Shown: positions 33,051 to 39,483 of the stretch, piece after piece
How the letters are laid out: each line of letters starts with the position of its first letter
Numbering within the stretch: position 1 is the stretch's first letter
From: Elusimicrobiaceae bacterium
GTDB lineage: Bacteria > Elusimicrobiota > Elusimicrobia > Elusimicrobiales > Elusimicrobiaceae
DNA length: 39,483 nt
Reading direction: 5' to 3'
NCBI GenBank assembly: GCA_045601125.1
Contig: JAZRZE010000087.1
Span: 1-39,483, forward strand
Notes under the pieces: model-generated
What the model was told of the DNA's origin: nothing
Database searches by the model: none
What the model saw: the letters and a program-made list of their open reading frames with translations, nothing else
Made by a program: the position numbers and the translations under genes

Positions 33051-34817
33051 ATGAGGAAATATGTTTTTTTACTTTCTTTAATTTTACTTAATTGCTCGCT
33101 TTTAACATCAGCCGCTTTGCCAAAGTTTCTTGGCGGCAGCGGGCTTGGCATAAATGCGCAAAAAGCTAATCTTGAAAATAATTACTACCCAACCTATTGG
33201 GAAAATCTTATGAAAGAGCAATCTTCCCTAAATCTAAAACAGGGTTTTTATGACCTAGCCAGACACGATTATAAAACCGCCGAAATGACATTTGCTAAAG
33301 CAACAATAAAAGATCCCACAAAGCCCTATCCCCATATATTTTTGGGTATTTCTCTCTATTGGCAAGGTAAACTTGAAGCAGCTATGGCAGAATATAATCA
33401 AGCCCTAACCCTTGACCTCGAAAATGCTCAAGCCCATCAACTTTTAGGTATCGCTTATGCTTGGAAAGGCGAAATTAAACCTGCTTTGGAGCATTTTCAA
33501 ATCGCCTATAAAAAAGAACCAGACCGCGCTGATGTTAATATGAATTTGGGTTCAACTTACGGCGCCTTAAATGATTATGAAAATGCTCTTTTCCATTTTC
33601 GCCGTGCCGTTGAACTTGAACCAAGACATCCTTTGTATCTTTATCAGTTAGGTTCACTTTACGAGTTTTTAGGCAGAGATTCCCTTGCTAAAGATTCTTT
33701 TAGAAAAGCAATAAAACTTTATCCCTATTACGAAGAAGCTATTTTGGCCCTTGCCGTTTTATCTGAAAAACTAGGCGAAAATGCCCGCGCAAAAGGTTGT
33801 TATAATAAGGCCCTTTCCCTAAAACCCGGCGATAGTATTGCCCGTTTGCGCTTGGTTAATTTGCTAATAAAACAAGAGAATTTTGATGATGCTGTTGACA
33901 TAATTCAGCGCGCTTTTTTAATTGCGCCTGTTTCAAACGAAGGCCTTGCTTTATCCATTTCCTACGGCGGTAAAACTGCGCAAGCAAGCGCGCAAAATAA
34001 TACGCAAGAAGATAGCGCGCAAGATACTTTAGATAGTCAACTTGCCGGGTTTAAAAAGCGCTTAGCAAAAATTTCCGCAGAAGAAGAAATCTCTATCCAA
34101 GTGCAAACCGAAATTACACCCAAAAACTTTAATCCGCTTGTAGAAAAAACTAATACGGAAACCCCTCAGCCGACTTCCCTTTTTGATAAAAAGTTTGAGC
34201 AAAATCTTTCTAATACTTTCAGCCGTTCCTTTACCCTTGCGCCTGCCACCGCCGAAGGCCGTAAAGAACAACTTGATAAACTTTTTGAAGGTTTAAATAA
34301 TGTCTTAAAAGAAGGTTCAAAAGAAAATGATGTCAAAATGTTTGTGCAGGCCTCCGGCTTAAAAAAAGATGCCCCTAGTTTAACGGCGCAAAATACCGCT
34401 TACGGTCAAGCACAAGATTCTATCGGTGCAAAGGCAACTTATAATCCTTATAATGTCGGCAATGATATGGGCCTTTGGGTTATCGGCAAAACTTGGCTTA
34501 AATATGTGGAAGAAGTCCAAAACGATATAGAACAAAATACTTTAAAAGAACCTACCTTGCAGAATTATATTTTGTCGGGTTTTATGTATTTGACTCTCGG
34601 GCAAGGTAATCAGGCTTTTGATAGTTTCAAAAAAGCAAATATGTTAGTTGAAGATAATCAAACTTTAAGGGAAATTTGCCTTCTTGGTATGGGAACTTCT
34701 TTTGTGGTTCTCGGCGAGGAAGAAGAAGCCACGCAAATTTATAACGAGGTTCTTAAAATAAATCCCAATAATAAAATAGCGCAAAGTAATATAGAAATTT
34801 TAACTGCGGAGGAATGA
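33051..34817 (+). CDS. Secreted or lipoprotein-like TPR-repeat protein
   Basis: 588 aa. Signal peptide MRKYVFLLSLILLNCSLLTSAA. At least 6 clear TPR units lie in residues ~60-300 (e.g. AMAEYNQALTLDLENAQAHQLLGIAY, ALFHFRRAVELEPRHPLYLYQLGSLY), followed by a Q/S/E-rich linker and C-terminal TPR units. Confidence 0.75.
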   Translation: MRKYVFLLSLILLNCSLLTSAALPKFLGGSGLGINAQKANLENNYYPTYWENLMKEQSSLNLKQGFYDLARHDYKTAEMTFAKATIKDPTKPYPHIFLGISLYWQGKLEAAMAEYNQALTLDLENAQAHQLLGIAYAWKGEIKPALEHFQIAYKKEPDRADVNMNLGSTYGALNDYENALFHFRRAVELEPRHPLYLYQLGSLYEFLGRDSLAKDSFRKAIKLYPYYEEAILALAVLSEKLGENARAKGCYNKALSLKPGDSIARLRLVNLLIKQENFDDAVDIIQRAFLIAPVSNEGLALSISYGGKTAQASAQNNTQEDSAQDTLDSQLAGFKKRLAKISAEEEISIQVQTEITPKNFNPLVEKTNTETPQPTSLFDKKFEQNLSNTFSRSFTLAPATAEGRKEQLDKLFEGLNNVLKEGSKENDVKMFVQASGLKKDAPSLTAQNTAYGQAQDSIGAKATYNPYNVGNDMGLWVIGKTWLKYVEEVQNDIEQNTLKEPTLQNYILSGFMYLTLGQGNQAFDSFKKANMLVEDNQTLREICLLGMGTSFVVLGEEEEATQIYNEVLKINPNNKIAQSNIEILTAEE

Positions 34818-34824
34818 ATTTTTT

Positions 34825-35613
34825 ATGCAAAAATACGGTCAGCATTTTTTGGTTAATCAAGGTATTATTGACAAAATTACCGGCGCCGTTATTGACAATC
34901 AAATCGGTTCTTTAATTGAAATCGGCCCCGGCAAAGGCGCTTTAACTTTTAACCTTTTAAACAAAGGTATAAACGATTTAACACTTATTGAAATTGACCC
35001 TAAAATGAGCGAGTTTTTAAAACAAAATCTTCCTTCTTGGGCAACTTATAAATTAATTGAAAAAGATTTTTTAACCGTAAACTCGGAAGATTTACCGTCG
35101 GGGCAAAAAACTTTTATCAGCAATTTGCCTTATATTGATGCGGCGCAAATTTTGCTTAAAGTTTTGGATATGCAAGGTTTTGCCTGCGCGGTTTTTATGT
35201 TCCAGCGCGAACAGGCGCGCAAGTTTTTTGCTGCGCCAGAAACAAAATTATATGGCCCGCTTTCTATTATGGTTCAGGCGCGCGCAACCGTGCAAAGTGT
35301 GTGCCGCGTTAGCCCGGGCAGTTTTAATCCACCGCCTAAAGTTGATAGCGAAGTTGTCTTAATAAAACCCAAAGAAAAAACTTTTTTTACTAGTGCAGAA
35401 CATAAGAAAAACTTTGACGAACTTGTAAAATGCGCTTTTATTTACCGAAGAAAAACAATCTTAAACGCTCTGTGCGAAGCCTACAAAAAAAATAAAGATG
35501 ATTTAATAAAAATCTTAGGCAAAAGCGGGGTAAAAGTTTCCGCCCGGGCAGAAGAACTTGACGCGCGGCACTACGCCGATCTTGCCTTAAATCTAAAAGG
35601 CTTTATTTTTTAG
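34825..35613 (+). CDS. rsmA: 16S rRNA (adenine1518/1519-N6)-dimethyltransferase
   Basis: 262 aa. KYGQHFLVNQGIIDKI, the SAM motif LIEIGPGKGALT, NLPYIDAAQIL and FNPPPKVDS are canonical KsgA/RsmA motifs. Confidence 0.9.
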   Translation: MQKYGQHFLVNQGIIDKITGAVIDNQIGSLIEIGPGKGALTFNLLNKGINDLTLIEIDPKMSEFLKQNLPSWATYKLIEKDFLTVNSEDLPSGQKTFISNLPYIDAAQILLKVLDMQGFACAVFMFQREQARKFFAAPETKLYGPLSIMVQARATVQSVCRVSPGSFNPPPKVDSEVVLIKPKEKTFFTSAEHKKNFDELVKCAFIYRRKTILNALCEAYKKNKDDLIKILGKSGVKVSARAEELDARHYADLALNLKGFIF

Positions 35614-36756
35614 GTTCTTATCTAAATGCTTTGCGATATAATCTAAAGTTTTTGTAAGTTTAACAAACTCTTTTGTGCCTTTTGTATCAATAAACGGAAA
35701 GCACGCTATTCTTAAAGAATTTTCTTCTATGCTTGAAAACTTTTTTATACCGTCAAGCAAATTTCTTTTTTTAGTTTGCTTAAGCGCTTTGTTTACAAGA
35801 GTGTCTTTTATTTTATCGTCGGTAATTTTTAAAGTTAAAGTTTCCGACGAGCGAAAATTTGGGTCTTCTATCATAGGTTCTAGCCAATTTGATTTTTTGG
35901 CGTAATCAAGCAAAACTTTTGCGTGCGCGCGAGTTAGTTTTTCCATCGCTTTTAAGCCGCCGTGTTTAAGCATATATTTTGTGGCTTCGTTTAACATCCA
36001 AATATTTATCGTTGAAGGAGTGTTCAAGGTTTGATATAAAGGCGCAAAATGAAGGGCATTATTAAGATTCAAAAAGAAAGGAATTTTTTTTATTTTTTGC
36101 ATTTCTTCAGCGCGCTTTATGGCTTTTTTATTCATAATCAAAACGCAGGTTCCGCCGCCTGCACCAAATGCTTTTTGCGTGCTGAAAAGCATAATATCAA
36201 AATAAGGTTTAACTTGGTTCATACCCGCCCAAGAAGTTGCATCCCACGCAATTAAAGTGTTTTTGCTTTTTCTTTCATAAATATCCTTTAACATTTTTTC
36301 CGGCAGACAAATACCGTGGGAAGTTTCATTTAGAGTAAGCAAAATTAAAGAAGATTTGAAATCCATTTTTTTATAACTCTGCGGATTTTTATAATCAAAA
36401 GAAATAAAAGTTTTTTTAATGTTGTCTAAAAAATTGGTATCTTTTATCCACCGTTTTGAAAAAGAACCAAACACAAGTCCGCTGATACTTTTATCTGTCA
36501 AAGTCCAAACCACAGCATCCATAGCGGCCGTTGCTCCGGCGGGAAAAAATAAAATTGTGTAATCATCACTCAAGTTAAAAAGTTTTTTTATGTTTAGAGT
36601 TGTCTGGCGGTATAAACCTTTTTGCGCGATACTCGGGCTGCGGTGGCTCCTTTCAAAAAAAGTTTTTACAAGGGGTGTATTTTCCACGTGTTTTAGGGCT
36701 TGGGCAGGTCCGCAGGTAAAAGTGTTGTTTGGCAAAATATTTTGTGGTATTTTCAT
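35593..36756 (-). CDS. Class V aminotransferase, phosphoserine-aminotransferase-like
   Basis: 387 aa. FTCGPAQ N-terminus (compare FSSGPA in SerC), LNETSHG, WDATSW, the PLP-Lys motif FSTQKAFGAGGG, and NTPS. It forms a 4-nt ATGA overlap with the upstream ftcD-like gene and a 21-nt convergent overlap with rsmA. Confidence 0.6.
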   Translation of the reverse strand: MKIPQNILPNNTFTCGPAQALKHVENTPLVKTFFERSHRSPSIAQKGLYRQTTLNIKKLFNLSDDYTILFFPAGATAAMDAVVWTLTDKSISGLVFGSFSKRWIKDTNFLDNIKKTFISFDYKNPQSYKKMDFKSSLILLTLNETSHGICLPEKMLKDIYERKSKNTLIAWDATSWAGMNQVKPYFDIMLFSTQKAFGAGGGTCVLIMNKKAIKRAEEMQKIKKIPFFLNLNNALHFAPLYQTLNTPSTINIWMLNEATKYMLKHGGLKAMEKLTRAHAKVLLDYAKKSNWLEPMIEDPNFRSSETLTLKITDDKIKDTLVNKALKQTKKRNLLDGIKKFSSIEENSLRIACFPFIDTKGTKEFVKLTKTLDYIAKHLDKNLKNKAF

Positions 36757-37664
36757 AATAACTCCGTCGGTATTATATGTTCTTCTTTCTTAAACGGCGC
36801 AAGATAATTAAGCCCGAGTTCTTTAATTATTTTATCTAAATCTTGAGAGTTTTGGCAAAGGGCATCTTGCGGAGCAAAACCGATAAGTTCGCTTGAAAAA
36901 GCATCTATATTAAAAAGTTTTGCGATTTGTTTACACTCGTTAAAAACAAATAAAACAGGGGATTTTTTATAATTTTCTATATTGATGGAAACTTGGCACA
37001 AATCATATTCTTTAATAAACCAAGCGGTTGTTTTTATATAAGGTATTTTGGCGCGTAAAGTTTTAGCGATTTGTTTTGCGATTTGTAAATCTTTTGTCTT
37101 TAAGTTGATATTATAAGCAATTAAAAAATCACGCGCGCCAAAACAAAAAGCACCGGTCTTTTTGACTTGATTATTAAAAGCACAAGGCCCGAAATCAGGC
37201 GGAAGAATTTTTAATTTTTCGGGTAAACTTTCATACTGGCCTTTGCGGATAAAAGATAAATTTTTTCTTTCAGCAGAAGTTGCCGCCTCGCCATATAAAT
37301 AGGCGGGTATGCCCCTTTCTCCGGCAAATTTTGCAGTTGCTTTTGCAAGTTCTATACAATCTTTTATAGTTGCGTTTTTCATCGGTATAAACGGGCAAAC
37401 ATCCAAAGAGCCTATTCTAAAATGCTTGCCTTTTTGCACGGACATATCAATTAAACTAGCGGCGATTTCAACGGCGGCATAGGCGGCTTTTAAGATTTCT
37501 TCTTTGCTTCCCACAAAAGTAAAAACACTTCTGTTTACGTCGGCCCCGCTTTCTTTGCCAAGCAAAATAATATTTGCTTTTTTTGTTATATCGTCAGCAA
37601 GCAAATTTACTTTGTTCAAATCTCTGCCTTCGGAAAAATTGGGCACCCACTCAATTAAAGTCAT
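36753..37664 (-). CDS. ftcD: Glutamate formimidoyltransferase (formiminotransferase domain only)
   Basis: 303 aa. MTLIEWVPNFSEGRD is the hallmark N-terminus (ECVPNFSEGR). No cyclodeaminase domain is present. Confidence 0.85.
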   Translation of the reverse strand: MTLIEWVPNFSEGRDLNKVNLLADDITKKANIILLGKESGADVNRSVFTFVGSKEEILKAAYAAVEIAASLIDMSVQKGKHFRIGSLDVCPFIPMKNATIKDCIELAKATAKFAGERGIPAYLYGEAATSAERKNLSFIRKGQYESLPEKLKILPPDFGPCAFNNQVKKTGAFCFGARDFLIAYNINLKTKDLQIAKQIAKTLRAKIPYIKTTAWFIKEYDLCQVSINIENYKKSPVLFVFNECKQIAKLFNIDAFSSELIGFAPQDALCQNSQDLDKIIKELGLNYLAPFKKEEHIIPTELL

Positions 37665-37694
37665 AAAAAATAACTCCGCAATAAATTATATCAT

Positions 37695-37722
37695 TTGACA
37701 AGCACTCTTTTTTTGATATAAT
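37695..37722 (+). promoter_or_regulatory. Sigma70-type promoter with extended -10 for the cold-shock gene
   Basis: TTGACA (37695-37700), a 16-nt spacer ending in TG, then TATAAT (37717-37722). The ~70-nt 5' UTR holds two small hairpins (AGGAAC-aaaaa-GTTCCT; AAGGTCTT-ttaat-AAGACTT). Confidence 0.7.
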
Positions 37723-37794
37723 TTATTTAGGAACAAAAAGTTCCTAAAGGTCTTTTAATAAGACTTAAGTTAATAAAAGGAAGTAGAAATAATC

Positions 37795-37998
37795 ATGGCA
37801 AACGGAAAAGTGAAATGGTTTAATGATCAAAAAGGGTTCGGTTTTATCGCACCCGAAGATGGCTCTAAAGAGCTTTTCGTTCACTATCAAGACATTCAAG
37901 GCGACGGCTTTAAAACCTTAGCAGAAGGTCAAGAAGTAAGTTACGAAGTTGTTGAAACCGAAAAAGGTCTTAAAGCAGTAAAGGTCACCAAGAAATAA
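37795..37998 (+). CDS. cspA: Cold-shock protein (CspA family)
   Basis: 67 aa. [15 protein letters not shown] (RNP1) and LFVHY (RNP2). Confidence 0.95.
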   Translation: MANGKVKWFNDQKGFGFIAPEDGSKELFVHYQDIQGDGFKTLAEGQEVSYEVVETEKGLKAVKVTKK

Positions 37999-38015
37999 AA
38001 CCTTTTTATGCTATT

Positions 38016-38052
38016 AACCTGTGTGCAAATTCGTTTGCGCACAGGTTTTTTG
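38016..38052 (+). terminator. Intrinsic terminator after cspA
   Basis: AACCTGTGTGCAAA-ttcg-TTTGCGCACAGGTT followed by TTTTTG. Confidence 0.9.
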
Positions 38053-38074
38053 TTGTAAATGATTATTCGTCAAA

Positions 38075-39454
38075 ATGAAAAACCCATTAAAAATTACCGA
38101 AAAAGATGAGCAAGGCTCTATAAAATTACTATTAAAAATCGCCTTGCCTTTAATTATAACAACCTCATCGCAAAGTATAATGCAGTTTGTGGATAGGATG
38201 TTTCTTGCTTGGTATTCGCCCGATGCTTTGGCAGCTTGTTTGCCGGCCGGTTTAATGTCTTTTGCTTTAGTATCTTTTTTTATGGGCACTTGCGGTTATA
38301 CAAGTGTTTTTGTGGCTACTTATTACGGTCAAAAACGCTATGCGCGTTTAAGTGTTGCTTTGTGGCAAGGGGTAATTTTGGGGGTAATTTCCGGATTGAT
38401 TATTTTGGCTTTAACGCCGCTAGGGTCTTATATAATAATGTCCTCTAACCACGATAGCGCAGTTAAAATTTTGGAAAGCCAATATTTCACAATTCTTTGC
38501 GCATTTGGCGGTTTTGCCGTTATAAATAATGCGCTTGCCGGCTTTTTTACGGGGCAAGGCAAAACGGCAATAACGATGGTTGCAAATCTTGTAGGAAACG
38601 TAATAAATTTATTTTTAAATTATGCTCTTATATTTGGTAAATTCGGTTTTCCGGAAATGGGAATAAGGGGGGCTGCTTGGGCAACCGTTATAGGCGGTTT
38701 TTGTGTGATTTTAATATTCTTGACTATAATTTTTAGTCCTAAAGTAAACAAAAAATTTAAAATAGGTAAATTATTCGGATTTAATAAAACAGCATCTTTC
38801 AGACTTATCAGATATGGTATACCAAACGGTTTTGGCTTTTTTATGGATATTTTCTCTTTTTCTGTATTTGCCTTTTTTACGGGTAATATTGATAAGATTT
38901 CGCTTGCGGCAAGTAATATTGTTTTAACTTTGCAGTCAATATCTTTTATGCCATTACTTGGGCTTGCGATTTCCGGTCAGATTTTGATGGGACAATATGT
39001 AGGTAAAAAACAACCGGAGTATGGTATTAAAAGTGCTTATAATGCCTTGAAACTCGGTGCGGTTTATTTAACTTTTATAGTTTCCACCTTTTTACTTTTC
39101 AGCGATTTTTGGCTTAGCCTTTTTGCCGGTGCAGATGTTGGGGAGCAAATGGCGGCTATTATAAAACAGGCAAAACCTTTGCTTTATATGCTTTGTATTT
39201 TTGTGTGGGGGGATTTAATTTTCCTTTGTTTCGGCGATGCTATCAGAGGGGCAGGTGATACCAAATTTCACATGAAAGCGATGGCGTTTTGTTCGGTCCT
39301 TTTATTGATAGGGAGTTATGTTATAGTTGATGTTTTGGGTTTAGGAATAAGGGTGGCTTGGAGTTGGATAGTGTTTTATGCGTGGATATCCGGGCTTATT
39401 ATGATGTGGCGTTTTTTAAGCGGGCGTTGGCGTAATATAGATATTACAAAGTAA
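38075..39454 (+). CDS. MATE-family efflux transporter (NorM-like)
   Basis: 459 aa and 12 predicted TM helices. The N-terminal IALPLIITTSSQSIMQFVDRMFLAWYS and the duplicated 6+6 TM layout are typical of MATE transporters. Confidence 0.85.
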   Translation: MKNPLKITEKDEQGSIKLLLKIALPLIITTSSQSIMQFVDRMFLAWYSPDALAACLPAGLMSFALVSFFMGTCGYTSVFVATYYGQKRYARLSVALWQGVILGVISGLIILALTPLGSYIIMSSNHDSAVKILESQYFTILCAFGGFAVINNALAGFFTGQGKTAITMVANLVGNVINLFLNYALIFGKFGFPEMGIRGAAWATVIGGFCVILIFLTIIFSPKVNKKFKIGKLFGFNKTASFRLIRYGIPNGFGFFMDIFSFSVFAFFTGNIDKISLAASNIVLTLQSISFMPLLGLAISGQILMGQYVGKKQPEYGIKSAYNALKLGAVYLTFIVSTFLLFSDFWLSLFAGADVGEQMAAIIKQAKPLLYMLCIFVWGDLIFLCFGDAIRGAGDTKFHMKAMAFCSVLLLIGSYVIVDVLGLGIRVAWSWIVFYAWISGLIMMWRFLSGRWRNIDITK

Positions 39455-39483
39455 TTTTATATAATTAAGTTATGGGTAAAAAA

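Overview
Low-GC bacterial chromosome segment, densely coded on both strands. The gene content and one prepilin-type protein suggest a diderm anaerobe, possibly Elusimicrobia-like, but that is only an impression.

Most of the window is housekeeping:
- Glycogen and maltodextrin genes: malQ (GH77), a DUF4912 plus GH57 branching-enzyme pair, and a phosphohexomutase.
- RNA-modification genes: rsmI, tsaC, rsmA.
- A birA-oadGAB biotin-dependent Na+-pumping decarboxylase operon.
- thrC, ridA, a TerC-family protein, cspA and a MATE exporter.
- A YfcC-type carrier, and a sodium:solute symporter that overlaps a thiamine pyrophosphokinase gene.
- A histidine kinase and a stand-alone receiver, and an ftcD plus aminotransferase pair.

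RNA genes found by eye are tRNA-Lys(UUU), tRNA-Glu(UUC) and a tmRNA (ssrA). The tmRNA is hidden under a spurious 5' extension of the phosphohexomutase ORF.

The region I cannot assign is 23.6-33.0 kb. A near-consensus promoter with a long leader drives five consecutive genes. Each encodes a protein with a basic N-terminus, one hydrophobic helix and long low-complexity regions, and all five share a short peptide motif. The last is a 1337-aa Cys-rich protein with an internal tandem repeat and an OmpA-like C-terminus, and a strong terminator follows it. I recognise no known machine component or enzyme there, so it is my best candidate for an undescribed envelope-associated system.

Other oddities:
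- A pilin-like protein with a 22-Cys C-terminal extension next to the tRNAs.
- A mosaic dispersed intergenic repeat present at two loci.
- A T15 tract inside a promoter-like spacer.
- A more AT-rich left edge carrying a partial PD-(D/E)xK nuclease-like ORF.

All family calls come from motif recognition by eye. No searches were run.
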